From a bacterium (lineage in GTDB: Bacteria; Zhuqueibacterota; Zhuqueibacteria; Residuimicrobiales; Krinioviventaceae), in NCBI GenBank assembly GCA_963674595.2, contig CAXXFV010000010.1, forward strand, positions 1 to 64,000: a stretch of DNA of 64,000 bases. The letters run 5' to 3'. The position numbers and the translations under genes were made by a program. Shown piece by piece: positions 29,917 to 40,314 of this stretch. Under the pieces are notes generated by a model. That model was not told where the DNA came from, did not search any database, and saw only the letters and a list, made by a program, of their open reading frames with translations. Position 1 is the first letter of the stretch. The number at the start of each line of letters is the position of its first letter.

Positions 29917-32900
29917 CGTTTATACGGACTGCTCCCTGCTTTAAAATTTCTGTCTCGTGTTTGAATTCTCGGGTGAATGTATTTATCCGTTATTTCAACA
30001 TAGGTCTGCGGTCCGGCCTCATGGACGATGACATTAACCGGATCGGATTGCCCGATATATTGTACAGGGTCGTTTTGTTTTTTATCATTAAAAACATCAG
30101 GATCAAGAGATGCATTAAACGTTTTTAAACGTTCCGGCCCGAACCGGTCGGTCACTTCCGGCCTTAATACAAACTCTCTTTTATCTATTTTAGCAAGGGT
30201 CTCATTGGGGAACAACAATCCGGTATGTGCGGTCGGATACCCGCCGACATGCAACGTATCACCGCCGCCGCCTTTTTTATCTCCTCCTATTTGAAGTTGC
30301 GGATTTTGTAAATCTTTCAACTGCCTTTTTAAAATTTCTATCTGATCAAGCGCCGCCTGAATGTCAATATCAAGCTGGAGGTTGATGGCATTCAGATCAT
30401 TAATATCCTGATTTAAAACGTCAATCTGGTCTTTTGCATCCTGAATATCAGTCGTTATTTTTAAATGTTCCTCTGCATATTTCGAATAGAGTTCCTGAAT
30501 TTTTAAATTAACCGCTTCGACATTGTCCATGGCCGCCTGAACATCAATATTAAATTGCAGGTCATTTTGGGTTATCTGGTCATATAAATCCTGAATTTCC
30601 TGATCTATATTATCAATCCCGTCACCAGCCAGGTCAATATTTAAATCAAGTGCCTTTTCCCTGTCAAGTTCGCCGCCCATGCTCTCAAACTTTTTAATCA
30701 GTTCATCAAGCCCTTTTTTCGCTTCCCTGTAGGCGTCAGAATCCGGATTTAATGTTTTCAAATAATCCTGCATTCTGAAAATAGCCGCGTTTATCTGCTC
30801 GTCCGCCTCTGTGGTATCCAAATCCAGATTAAAATAAAGAATCTGGTCAATGGCTTCGGTTGCCGTTTTTAAATCGTTTTCAAAGCCTGAATACTCTGAA
30901 AACATTTCGTCAACCATTTCACCCCAGGCAATCGTCAACTCGGTTGTTTTTCCGGTCAAATTTTCAATAGCTTTGGAAATCTCGTAAAAATCCATTTCTT
31001 CCATAGCTTTTTTAAATCCGCCCTTGCCGTAATCCATATTTAAGGCAGATTTATACTTTTCTAACTGACCTATTATATCAGACAGACTTTTTTTATCGGC
31101 TTCTTTAAGCTGAATATCAAGCGTCAATGCAGAATTTTTGTCATTATGCTCCTGTGATATTCTCGCGACCTCGTTTTGTGCGTCCTGTAATTCCTGCCGC
31201 AGACTTATCAGGTCAGCACTAAACTTGATCGGCAAATCAGCCAACTCTTTTGCTTTTTCTAAAATAAAAGCATTCAAACCCTTGACCGCATCTTTTTTAG
31301 CGGTTATCTGAACTTCAATTTCAGTTTTTTGCTGCTGCATGGCGGCAACAGCCCCGGTATAAGATGCGATCTTTATATTTATGGCATCAATTGTCGCTTT
31401 CAAATCATCAGCGGTATTGTTCACCGATGTACTGAGCTGATCCGTTCCATAGGTCATATCATAGATACGCAGTGTCAAATCATCGATGATTTTTTTCAAA
31501 TCAGCCCATGCCTGGCTGTTCGGGTCCAGCTCAGACAACTGTTGATTCAATTCACCCATGAACTTTGAAATATCGTCCTGGTAATCTGAGCCGATTAAAT
31601 CGATATTAAAATATTCAAGCTGGTCTAACAGTTTGTTGACTGAATTGGCATCTTTGGTCCATTGGTTAAAATCACCGTTTAATCCGTCAATTGCTTCGGT
31701 CCATATTTCCGACCAGGTTTTAACCTTGTCAATATTCTCTTCGAGTTCGTCATTATTCTGGTTTAACTGGTCATTGACCCCGGCAATCACGATTCCATGC
31801 TGCTCATAATATTGTGTTGCCGTCTCCACTTCGCCACGCATAACCGCCATGGCCGCCTCAGCTTTCCAGATGGATTCCTGCATGTCAATATAGGCCTGTG
31901 TAGTCGGGTCAAGTGTCGCTAAAATCTCTTTGTTTGCCGTTATCGATTCATTTAATAATTCCTGCAATCCGGCGTTATCAAAAGCGCTGCCAAAATAATC
32001 GGTCATTTCCAAAGCTTTTGAACTCAAATAATCAAGCCCCTCTTTGGCGTTTGAAAAATCAGTATCAAACTGAAAAGCTTTTGTCAGCCGTTCAATATCT
32101 TCAAGCAACTTGTTTATAGCGACGTTCGTTTCATAATACCATTTATTTATCTGGTCTTTTTGTCCTTGAGTAACGGCATGGTCATACATCGTAGTTAATT
32201 CAGCCGCATGTTCCATTAACCCTTTTAAAGCCTTTTGTTTGCCTTCAATCAAAGAGCTTTCAAATTCATTTCCAAAATTATCAAGGGCTGCTTGCGCTTC
32301 TGTAATTCTGTCTCCGAGTTCCCCCATACGTTCCTTTAATTCATCTGTCGAAATTACTGCAACTTTAGTGGTATTATTAAACGCTCCCATTATAAAAGAA
32401 AAGGCAGTTGTCGCAATAGTCAATGGGTCAAATCCGGATGTAACAACATTGACCAGGCTTGTAGTAAATTTTTTCAATCCGTCATCAACACCAGGGATTT
32501 CATTTATAATATCACCTATAAATTTTGCGTAATCAGCAAAGTCTTTACCGCCTTTGTCAGTTTCTTCACTTAATTTTTTTATGGCTTTTTCTATTTTTGC
32601 AGCCTGTGCAGGTGTATGTTCATAATTCATTAAAACAAGTTCAAGCTGTTCGATTTGTTTTTCCCGGGGATCTTCTAAAAGTTTTTCAGCCGCGGCAACA
32701 GCTTCATTCGCATCTCTGTATCCAATAACGGCAAAAGTGGCGTCGTTTGTTGAAAGAGTTATCTTTTTATTACCTTCATCTATTGTATCCTGATAACCAC
32801 GAACATCAAACATCATTCCCATTACCGTACTTAATTCAGAACCATAAGCAAAAGTTGAATCTTTTAACGGTATATTTGAAGCGGTAACTTTATCCGTTGA

Positions 32901-34841
32901 TGGTGACAAAACATCCATCTGCCCTTTTAATGCACTTATTTTATCCAACAAATCTGCATGTGCAAAATAATTATCCTTCGTACCTGGCAGTAAAGCAGCA
33001 TATTTATCTATCTGAGCCTGAATTGACCCGACAGTTGCCTGGGTTGAGGTATTTAAACTGTTTGTTGCCGGTATATTTTTTTGCTCAAGCTGTGTTTGTA
33101 ATTTAACTAGTTGCGTTTCATAGGCCCCAACTTCGCCGTTAAGCGTTTTACTCTCCTCGTGCAGTGTTTTCGTTACGGAAGCATACATGCCGTATTCGGC
33201 AAACAAACTTTTAGAGTTGGCATCTGTTATCGCTATGGATGTTGCATTATGATCAACGGTTGTGTTTAACTCTGAAATTTTTCCATTTACTTCTTCAATC
33301 CGTTTATTAATAACCTCTCCGCCCAAATTACCCATCTTAGTTGCGGCATCGCCTGCATTAATACCCACGTCGGCATATAATAATTTTAACCCCTCCGTGA
33401 TGGTGGATAATGTTTTTTCCTGTTCAGCTGTTTTATTTTCTTGTTCTGCAAGCGTTCTGTATTGCTCTTCCAGTTTTAATAAATTACCCGTCTGAACGGA
33501 AATATTGTCAATATCAGATAATCTTTTGCTTTCCAAATAATCATTTACCGTATTAAGAGCCACGATGGCAGTGACAACAGAACCTATGGCAATAGCAAAA
33601 ACACCTAATGGCGTGGCAATTAAAGTTGAAAGCGCACCGGACACTTTGGTTATGGCTAAATAAGTGCCGCCAAGCGTTCCCAAAGATAAAGCTAAATTGG
33701 AAATTCCTGTTACCGTTGCTGTTACAGCCTCTTTATGCTCATTCAGCCCTTTTAAAAAATCCGTTAAAATCGGCAAAAAGGATGATTCACCCATATCAAT
33801 AAAAGCAACCTGAACGGTATTTTTAAACAGTTCAGCCTGACTCAAAAATGTATTCATCTGAATATCAAAAGCGGCTTTAGCGGCTCCGGCAGCATTGTAC
33901 ATGGCTTCCGTTTTTGTTCTAAAATCCTCAGCCTGCTGCCCGGTCAATGCAAAATAAGCAAGCAGCCCCTCTTTTCTGCCAAGCAAATCACCAATGGCGA
34001 CGTTGTATTTTTCCGTATATCCCTTGATTGCTTCCAAAGCCCCTGAAAGCCCGCCCATAGACTCGATCAATTCTTTGCCGGAGGCAACCTTTAGAGCTTC
34101 AAAAAGCCCCTGCATTTGTTCGGTCGGTTTAATCAAGGCCGTCAACAGCGATTCGATTTGTGTGGTGACTTCCGACGTATTACCGGTCACACCGGTTAAA
34201 GTCGCCACGGCCCCGGACAGTTCTTCAAGCGGGACTTTCATTTCAGCGGTAAGCGGAATAGCGCCCTGTAATGATGAGGCTAACTGCTGAATAGTCGTAA
34301 CACCCAAAGCTACGGTCTGAAAAGCAATATCTGAAACCCTGTCAACTTCCGTCCATTCAAGCCCGTACCCCTTAATCGTCGCGCTGAACAAATCAAAGGT
34401 ATCTGCCGTGTTGGCAACTCCGCCGATGGCTGCTTGCGCTGAGGTTCCCAAAACGTTCATGGCATCTTTGGCCGGAACAGTGGCAGAAATAACCTGGTAT
34501 AATGCATCGCTCAAAGCTCCGGGTCCCTGCGGTATTCTGGTTGACATTTCCAGAATATCCGCGTTCATATTATCAAAAGCTTTTGACGCCTCGGATGATG
34601 GACCTAATAATGTATGGACATTCGCCATTTTTGATTCAAACAGCGCCGATGCCGTGACAGCCGTACCAAATGCGGCAGTGGCAGCGCCGACAGCAACTAC
34701 AAGAGACTGGTTGATCAATTTTGTCGTATCATCAACCTGCCCGTTTGCTGTTTTAAGGGCATTTGCAAATTCTGTCGTGCCTGCTATTCCAAGATAGGCG
34801 ACAATGTCGCCGCTTCCGAACGACCCGGAGAATAAAGACAT
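29913..34841 (-). CDS. Tail tape measure protein (TP901-type core)
   Basis: FESKMANV, ALYQVISA, FQTV.LGVTT..QLA; long coiled coils; C-terminal H.GG..HTG..EFVL. Confidence 0.93.
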   Translation of the reverse strand: MSLFSGSFGSGDIVAYLGIAGTTEFANALKTANGQVDDTTKLINQSLVVAVGAATAAFGTAVTASALFESKMANVHTLLGPSSEASKAFDNMNADILEMSTRIPQGPGALSDALYQVISATVPAKDAMNVLGTSAQAAIGGVANTADTFDLFSATIKGYGLEWTEVDRVSDIAFQTVALGVTTIQQLASSLQGAIPLTAEMKVPLEELSGAVATLTGVTGNTSEVTTQIESLLTALIKPTEQMQGLFEALKVASGKELIESMGGLSGALEAIKGYTEKYNVAIGDLLGRKEGLLAYFALTGQQAEDFRTKTEAMYNAAGAAKAAFDIQMNTFLSQAELFKNTVQVAFIDMGESSFLPILTDFLKGLNEHKEAVTATVTGISNLALSLGTLGGTYLAITKVSGALSTLIATPLGVFAIAIGSVVTAIVALNTVNDYLESKRLSDIDNISVQTGNLLKLEEQYRTLAEQENKTAEQEKTLSTITEGLKLLYADVGINAGDAATKMGNLGGEVINKRIEEVNGKISELNTTVDHNATSIAITDANSKSLFAEYGMYASVTKTLHEESKTLNGEVGAYETQLVKLQTQLEQKNIPATNSLNTSTQATVGSIQAQIDKYAALLPGTKDNYFAHADLLDKISALKGQMDVLSPSTDKVTASNIPLKDSTFAYGSELSTVMGMMFDVRGYQDTIDEGNKKITLSTNDATFAVIGYRDANEAVAAAEKLLEDPREKQIEQLELVLMNYEHTPAQAAKIEKAIKKLSEETDKGGKDFADYAKFIGDIINEIPGVDDGLKKFTTSLVNVVTSGFDPLTIATTAFSFIMGAFNNTTKVAVISTDELKERMGELGDRITEAQAALDNFGNEFESSLIEGKQKALKGLMEHAAELTTMYDHAVTQGQKDQINKWYYETNVAINKLLEDIERLTKAFQFDTDFSNAKEGLDYLSSKALEMTDYFGSAFDNAGLQELLNESITANKEILATLDPTTQAYIDMQESIWKAEAAMAVMRGEVETATQYYEQHGIVIAGVNDQLNQNNDELEENIDKVKTWSEIWTEAIDGLNGDFNQWTKDANSVNKLLDQLEYFNIDLIGSDYQDDISKFMGELNQQLSELDPNSQAWADLKKIIDDLTLRIYDMTYGTDQLSTSVNNTADDLKATIDAINIKIASYTGAVAAMQQQKTEIEVQITAKKDAVKGLNAFILEKAKELADLPIKFSADLISLRQELQDAQNEVARISQEHNDKNSALTLDIQLKEADKKSLSDIIGQLEKYKSALNMDYGKGGFKKAMEEMDFYEISKAIENLTGKTTELTIAWGEMVDEMFSEYSGFENDLKTATEAIDQILYFNLDLDTTEADEQINAAIFRMQDYLKTLNPDSDAYREAKKGLDELIKKFESMGGELDREKALDLNIDLAGDGIDNIDQEIQDLYDQITQNDLQFNIDVQAAMDNVEAVNLKIQELYSKYAEEHLKITTDIQDAKDQIDVLNQDINDLNAINLQLDIDIQAALDQIEILKRQLKDLQNPQLQIGGDKKGGGGDTLHVGGYPTAHTGLLFPNETLAKIDKREFVLRPEVTDRFGPERLKTFNASLDPDVFNDKKQNDPVQYIGQSDPVNVIVHEAGPQTYVEITDKYIHPRIQTRDRNFKAGSSPYKR

Positions 34842-34849
34842 TTATACCT

Positions 34850-35200
34850 TTATGTTTTATTTAAAAACTTGCTCACCATACTTTTGACCTTCTTTTTTTC
34901 ATTTTCACTTTTCACGTCCCGAAAGACACTTTTTATATTTTTCTCTTTTGTGAAAATCCGTATGATGACAACGATCAACGCATCAAACAGATTTTCCAAT
35001 ATTCCCGGTAACTGCCTGGTTAAAAACTCTAAAATTACATCTGATGAGGTTTTAAAGTTTAAGGATTCAATCAGTAATAGACGCCGGTCAGTGTGGTTCA
35101 AATCTTTCAAAAGCTCAGGATCAAAGGGTCCTCTGTATCCGAACTTTTCGGCAAGAGCTACCTGGAGTCTGTACTCTGTCCACTCTCCGACGTCCCTGAG
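34850..35200 (-). CDS. Tail assembly chaperone -1 frameshift extension (gpT-like)
   Basis: The -1 frame is open from slippery site A AAA AAC (35206-35200) through ORF 34850..35110. Confidence 0.8.
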   Translation of the reverse strand, partial: LRDVGEWTEYRLQVALAEKFGYRGPFDPELLKDLNHTDRRLLLIESLNFKTSSDVILEFLTRQLPGILENLFDALIVVIIRIFTKEKNIKSVFRDVKSENEKKKVKSMVSKFLNKT

Positions 35201-35748
35201 TTTTTTTCCGTACCGCCGGTCTCATCAGGTTTGATTAATTTTGACAACTTTATCCAGTTTTCGGTAATTAACGTTATAAGCTTGGTATTGCTTTTCATAA
35301 TCTGTTTGAGGTATTCTATATCAGCGGTGTTTTTACAAAAGAGCTCACCGGTATCCGCCTCTTTTAACATTTTCGGGATTAATTCAAATATGGTCCGGGT
35401 CCGGCTGGAATCATTGGCAAGATAATGCGCCAGAGTTTCCGGTTTTGCCTTATCAAATTCCGCCAGTAATGCTTTCTGAATGTCTTCCGGGTTATTCGCA
35501 ATTGCTTTTAAATAATCAGCCCTGTCTTTTTGCCATTCATTTTCATCAACCGGAAATTTGTCCAGACCTTCCAGTTTTAATTCGGCAAGACGCGTTTTAT
35601 AAATTTTGTTTTGTTCATCCCGGATCGACCAGGCGTCAGGGGCCGATAACAACACCTGAATACCGTCGCTGCCGTTTACCGGTATGGTAAATTCAACGGT
35701 ATGAATTTTATACTCGTTGGCATTTTTTAATAGTTCAATGGCTCCCAT
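35158..35748 (-). CDS. Tail assembly chaperone (gpG-like)
   Basis: Between tail tube and tape measure; ends ...TEKNSG at a slippery heptamer; RBS AAGGAG before ATG 35748. Confidence 0.8.
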   Translation of the reverse strand: MGAIELLKNANEYKIHTVEFTIPVNGSDGIQVLLSAPDAWSIRDEQNKIYKTRLAELKLEGLDKFPVDENEWQKDRADYLKAIANNPEDIQKALLAEFDKAKPETLAHYLANDSSRTRTIFELIPKMLKEADTGELFCKNTADIEYLKQIMKSNTKLITLITENWIKLSKLIKPDETGGTEKNSGTSESGQSTDSR

Positions 35749-35752
35749 GGTG

Positions 35753-36013
35753 TCAATTCTCCTTTTCATATTTTTGTAATACCGGAAAAATCATTTTTTT
35801 CAACTTTAATATCGTTTGTTTGAATTTAAGGGGGTCCACTTTGAGGCGGCCCCCTTCAAGGTCTTTAATCACATTGTAATCAACGTTTTTAAAGTGAACG
35901 GTGGCCCGTGGACCGTATTCTGTTGTCATGGGTTCGATTTTTTCAGGTTCCAAACCGGTGACAATCATAAGGGCGCTGGCCCGATAAAAACAATCTGTTG
36001 TATAGTTTTTCAT
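35753..36013 (-). CDS. DUF5659-like small phage protein
   Basis: YTTD.Y.ASAL...G and VDP..F......LK pattern. Confidence 0.55.
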   Translation of the reverse strand: MKNYTTDCFYRASALMIVTGLEPEKIEPMTTEYGPRATVHFKNVDYNVIKDLEGGRLKVDPLKFKQTILKLKKMIFPVLQKYEKEN

Positions 36014-36060
36014 TTTTTTCTCACATTTTAAATAATAGGACAAGCCGCCTGGGTAAAATA

Positions 36061-36855
36061 TTAAGCGGCGGCTTTTGCATATAAAACTTCGATAACAGTG
36101 CCGTTGGCCGGAGGGGTTGCAAATACAATTTTACCTGTGGAAAAAGAAACGCCTGACTTTTGCCGCGCACCCTGGGCCGTCGCCGATGACCGGACCTTGA
36201 CATAAACGATATTATCAAGCAGCCAGTCTTCACGACCTCTGTCCGTGACCGTGACCAGGTTCAATGGTGTGCCGGACAGGGTAAATTCCGTAGCCGCCCC
36301 GGTGCCGGTGAATTTGTCAAGACAGAGCATAGCCCCGGATGCCAGCAAAAACCAGTCATGACGGCCATAAAAATTTAAGGTCGCTTCGGCATTGAGCATG
36401 GGCTGGTTCCAGTTAAAGGGTTTTATGATCACATCCTGTAAACAAACACTGGCAATATGGGTATTGTCCGGTGTTCTTAAAACAGCTTCAAAAGCGGCAA
36501 TCGGGGTCTGGGGAATGCGGCTCGGCAGGGCATACTCGCCGGTCGCACCCCATGTTTTACCGAGTAATCCGGCGATAACCTGGCCGAGATAACCGGCTTT
36601 GATTTTCATATTCCCGGTAAATCTAAAATTTCTCTCGGATATTAAAGAGTCTTCACCGGCTCCCTGGTGAAAAACTTCATTGGATTGCTGGGGGGCCATT
36701 TCTCCTATTGAAGCATCCTGAATACCGGAAATGTTTACCGGCTGAATATCCGTGGCAACAGCCGCCCCGATATTAAACATTCTCGTTAATGCATATTGAC
36801 CGTCAACCATCAGGTCATCATTCAACGCCTCTAAAATTTCATAGATTGAGGCCAT
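36061..36855 (-). CDS. Major tail (tube) protein
   Basis: Position before the chaperone; strong RBS; C-terminal FTGTG..T.F / F.TPP..G domain. Confidence 0.7.
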   Translation of the reverse strand: MASIYEILEALNDDLMVDGQYALTRMFNIGAAVATDIQPVNISGIQDASIGEMAPQQSNEVFHQGAGEDSLISERNFRFTGNMKIKAGYLGQVIAGLLGKTWGATGEYALPSRIPQTPIAAFEAVLRTPDNTHIASVCLQDVIIKPFNWNQPMLNAEATLNFYGRHDWFLLASGAMLCLDKFTGTGAATEFTLSGTPLNLVTVTDRGREDWLLDNIVYVKVRSSATAQGARQKSGVSFSTGKIVFATPPANGTVIEVLYAKAAA

Positions 36856-36880
36856 AGTTACTCCTTTGTTAAATTAAATG

Positions 36881-37372
36881 TCACGTTTTGATATATAAAT
36901 CGAATTCATACCGAAATTCGTCTTTGTCCTTTGTAAATACCTCTCGCGGGCCTTGAAGTTCAAGCAGCTTGATACCCATATCAGACATTTTTTTGCCTGT
37001 ATAGTTTGTAAGCCCAAGCGTGATATTAAAAGCCACGTCGTTGATTTCTTCTTTTTTCTCCACGATCTTGAATAGCTGGGAGGAAATAATATTGATCTCC
37101 TCAGTCCCGCCGGTTTTACGGTCATCCCAGGCACCGATGGTACAGCGCCAGATTCTATTGGCCCTGCCGCCCTGGTGCGCGATCTTATCAACAAGCACCG
37201 GCTTTTCAAAATAAATCACCGGTTTTTCAAATTGATCAAGGACCTCCTGCAGGGGATAGGCTTCTACATATTCCCAGGCATCCCAGGGTGAAGCATCTGA
37301 CAATTTCCGAAAAAACGTCAAAAGCGTTTTTTGGATATCGTCCAGTAAATGGGTTTCACGTATCAGGCTCAT
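36881..37372 (-). CDS. Putative tail terminator
   Basis: Synteny and size. Confidence 0.55.
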   Translation of the reverse strand: MSLIRETHLLDDIQKTLLTFFRKLSDASPWDAWEYVEAYPLQEVLDQFEKPVIYFEKPVLVDKIAHQGGRANRIWRCTIGAWDDRKTGGTEEINIISSQLFKIVEKKEEINDVAFNITLGLTNYTGKKMSDMGIKLLELQGPREVFTKDKDEFRYEFDLYIKT

Positions 37373-37800
37373 TGTCCCGCGTTCCTTATTTCGCTCATAA
37401 CTTCATTCTCAAAATAGTTTCTAATTTCTTTCGATTTGCTGTCAACAGCGTCCTTGATAAAACGCCTCGGCTTTTGAGAGTTTGCTCCGTCATGCACAAA
37501 CACATTATGCGGCGCTTTTTTGTTTGAGCTGTAAATGGCTCCCATTTCCGGGTTCCGCTTGTCATAAGACATTTGAACGGAACCGGCCAGATCAGCCGTA
37601 ACTCTCGGCACCGGCATTTCTCCTGTGCCCGGCCCACGCGTACCCGGTTTGTAATGCGGACCGGATACGTTTTGAATGACTTCCTGATGCAGCACATCCA
37701 GACCGTATTCCACAACCCTGGGAACGACTTTTAACAGTACGGCATTTACATCGTTTGATTTTTTAAACCAGCCGCTTGTATCGACATATCTCTCAGGCAT
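37369..37800 (-). CDS. HK97 gp10-like tail completion protein
   Basis: VPRVTADL..S, APH..FVHDG...PRRFI. Confidence 0.75.
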   Translation of the reverse strand: MPERYVDTSGWFKKSNDVNAVLLKVVPRVVEYGLDVLHQEVIQNVSGPHYKPGTRGPGTGEMPVPRVTADLAGSVQMSYDKRNPEMGAIYSSNKKAPHNVFVHDGANSQKPRRFIKDAVDSKSKEIRNYFENEVMSEIRNAGQ

Positions 37801-38273
37801 TATTCGGATCTCCGTAAAAAAGCCAGTTGCCCGATGAGTCCGTCGGTCGTTAAATCATAAAAGTGTTTGATATAACAGGCATAGTTGTAAACGGACGGGG
37901 TCACTTTAAAAAGCTCAAGGTTGATAATGTTTAAGTTAAAAAATGAACAATCAGCCAGGTTCACCGCTCCGATCATGGCCAGGTCATCTTTTTTAATGTC
38001 ACCGATGATACTTTTCAGGTCTTTGGATTCCAGCAATGTGTTGACAGCCGCCTTTAAAGGCATAAACCGGGCTTTAATATGAAAAGTGACGGGTGTTGTA
38101 TTTATCAATTTTGTCCCGTTACAGTTTGCAGCAGACGGATACAACCGGTGCCATTCCGCACTGTAGGTGCCGCGTTCAACGGTACAGGGGCATGTTGTCC
38201 CTGTTGTGCCGGTAACGACTGCAGCCTGGCCGCTCATAAAAAGATCACTGATAAAAACATCCTGGTCCGTCAT
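37800..38273 (-). CDS. Putative head closure protein
   Basis: CPC...C.G motif; synteny. Confidence 0.55.
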   Translation of the reverse strand: MTDQDVFISDLFMSGQAAVVTGTTGTTCPCTVERGTYSAEWHRLYPSAANCNGTKLINTTPVTFHIKARFMPLKAAVNTLLESKDLKSIIGDIKKDDLAMIGAVNLADCSFFNLNIINLELFKVTPSVYNYACYIKHFYDLTTDGLIGQLAFLRRSE

Positions 38274-38275
38274 TG

Positions 38276-38731
38276 TTACAACTCGAAAACTGTTTTGTTA
38301 TTGGTTAAAACCTGACCTGTTAAACTGTAATCATCCCCGCCCGCAGATGTAAAATACATCTGTTGCAACGGGATACCCAGCTCGGACAGACAGTCTTTCC
38401 ACTCCTGTTCCAAAAGCAATGCAATCCGTTCCAAATCAGAAGCTTTGACATTTTTGATCTTGATGGGTCCGGTCTCAGAGTCCCCTCTTGGAGGAGCGGC
38501 GACAATCTTTTGAGCGACAAAAGCAATCTCTGCCGTTTTGGCAATGATTTGATCGCCTGCGTTTAATCCGCTGAATGTCTGTGATTTTCTGCCCAGCATC
38601 TTGTCGATCCACTGATCGGCAAAGGGAATAAAAGCAACCGAATTCAGCAAAGCGTCTGAAACCTCAATAACGGCCATTGTCCGCAACCGGAACCGAACTT
38701 CATCGGGAGTTATGTTATAACTGTCAGCCAT
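38276..38731 (-). CDS. Putative head-tail adaptor
   Basis: TPDEVR at the N-terminus; synteny after capsid. Confidence 0.6.
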   Translation of the reverse strand: MADSYNITPDEVRFRLRTMAVIEVSDALLNSVAFIPFADQWIDKMLGRKSQTFSGLNAGDQIIAKTAEIAFVAQKIVAAPPRGDSETGPIKIKNVKASDLERIALLLEQEWKDCLSELGIPLQQMYFTSAGGDDYSLTGQVLTNNKTVFEL

Positions 38732-38733
38732 TG

Positions 38734-39063
38734 TTATTTTTTAGTGTTTGCCGTTGGTGTGGTTTTTGGCTGATTAGAATTTGCGTTTGGACCGGGCGCT
38801 GTCTTTGGCTGATTAGAATTCGCATTTGGACCGGGTGCTGTCTTTGGCTGAACAGGATTTTCAACCTTATCTTTTTCCGGGTCACCGGCAGCCGTCAGCT
38901 TGCCGTCAATAATCAGTTTCATCCAGAACCCGGTCTCCGGGACTTTGTAAACCTTGTCAGGCTCTTTTTTAAAAGCGGTCCTGGAAACATCGAGCGTAAA
39001 ACCGTTCTCATCTGTTCGCCAGATAGGTTCCTTCACTCTGACAGGTATCATTTTATTTGCCAT
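38734..39063 (-). CDS. Small phage protein with 13-aa tandem repeat
   Basis: QPKTAPGPNANSN twice plus QPKT. Confidence 0.7.
   Translation of the reverse strand: MANKMIPVRVKEPIWRTDENGFTLDVSRTAFKKEPDKVYKVPETGFWMKLIIDGKLTAAGDPEKDKVENPVQPKTAPGPNANSNQPKTAPGPNANSNQPKTTPTANTKK
38762..38850. repeat. 39-bp tandem repeat, about 2.3 copies
   Basis: TTTGGCTGATTAGAATT.GC.TTTGGACCGGG.GCTGTC repeated. Confidence 0.85.
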
Positions 39064-39098
39064 GTTTTATTACTCCAATTAAGCAGTTACTTACTCGT

Positions 39099-39133
39099 AA
39101 AAAGTTTCACCCGCTTCATGAGAAGCGGGGTTT
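39099..39133 (-). terminator. Hairpin/terminator after the major capsid gene
   Basis: CCCGCTTC-TCAT-GAAGCGGG then AAACTTTT. Confidence 0.6.
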
Positions 39134-39138
39134 ATAAA

Positions 39139-40260
39139 TTAATGTTCAATATCAAGACAGCCGATTCCGTCGGAATCGTTGATATTAAAATGAGATCGTT
39201 TCGAGACTGTAGACAAAACTTTTTGTTTGGTGATGATCTTGTCCATTTCGGTCATGTTCATGGTATCATTGGTGATATAGGAAACAGTAGATGAGGAATC
39301 CACACCGATAAAACGGTCTGCGGTCACAACATCTTCATCCCAGTCCTTACCAACCGGCAGTTTCATTCCGGTCATGCCCCATTGAGCAGACGGGTTCTGC
39401 ATATTTGAAAGGGTGTCCCAAAATTCCTGCATATAGGCTTTACGGCCTACAAAGACATCGAGTTCATATCCGGATGGCAGCACAGATGCCAGTTTGATAA
39501 TATCTTTCTTTTCAATCGAACCGGATGTTACAGTCGTGTCGGTATTTGCCGCTTTTAATCCGTTTCCGTTGCCGTCACCATTCTGTAAGATGTAAATGAG
39601 GTCGTTGGTCTCATCGACGCCGATCTGTCGGCCAATCCGGTCCAGAGTCATTCCATACAAATTCAAAGGACTCAGGTAATAGACTTCATAGTCAAACTCG
39701 ATACCGATGGCATATTTGTCCAGGGAAACGTTTTGTTTACCGGCTTTAACACGTTTGATCGGAATGTCCTCATCCCGGTTGACTCTTGATGTCCGGCGGT
39801 CCCCTTCGGTATCTTCAAGGTAAATGGACTTGTAATCCAACGCATCAATGGATACCATATTGGCGACAAAATCCGGATAAAGAGCATTTCGGATGGACCC
39901 GGCAAAGATGGTATTGGCAACAAATTCCAGAAACAGAATACTGTTGCTGCTTACTTCAAAAAACTTGCCGACCAGGTCTGTTTTATCACCATAGGCCCGA
40001 ATACCCGACATCTCAAGCGCCATTTCAAAAGCATTTTTTGGAATCGGCTGGTTGCTTTTTACAAGCTGCCGTCTGTATTTGATCATCTCAAACTTTGACA
40101 TGCCCTTGTAAATGGTTGGTTCAATGCCCTTTTCTTCAAAATAATCTTCAAGCCAGGCTGTAAAGGATTTTCCTTTATTAGCGGCTTCATCAAACATCCC
40201 TTTCTCAAATTTTAGTTTGACATCAGGAAGTTTTTGTTTTTGTGTATTTATAAAAATCAT
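39139..40260 (-). CDS. Major capsid protein (HK97 fold)
   Basis: Size and synteny; V.L.KY....F.YE and IG.QIG.D.....I..L.NGDGN pattern. Confidence 0.85.
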   Translation of the reverse strand: MIFINTQKQKLPDVKLKFEKGMFDEAANKGKSFTAWLEDYFEEKGIEPTIYKGMSKFEMIKYRRQLVKSNQPIPKNAFEMALEMSGIRAYGDKTDLVGKFFEVSSNSILFLEFVANTIFAGSIRNALYPDFVANMVSIDALDYKSIYLEDTEGDRRTSRVNRDEDIPIKRVKAGKQNVSLDKYAIGIEFDYEVYYLSPLNLYGMTLDRIGRQIGVDETNDLIYILQNGDGNGNGLKAANTDTTVTSGSIEKKDIIKLASVLPSGYELDVFVGRKAYMQEFWDTLSNMQNPSAQWGMTGMKLPVGKDWDEDVVTADRFIGVDSSSTVSYITNDTMNMTEMDKIITKQKVLSTVSKRSHFNINDSDGIGCLDIEH

Positions 40261-40314
40261 TGTGTCCTCATGTTAATGAATGAATTGTGTACATGTATTT
40301 ATCACACAGAGCGA

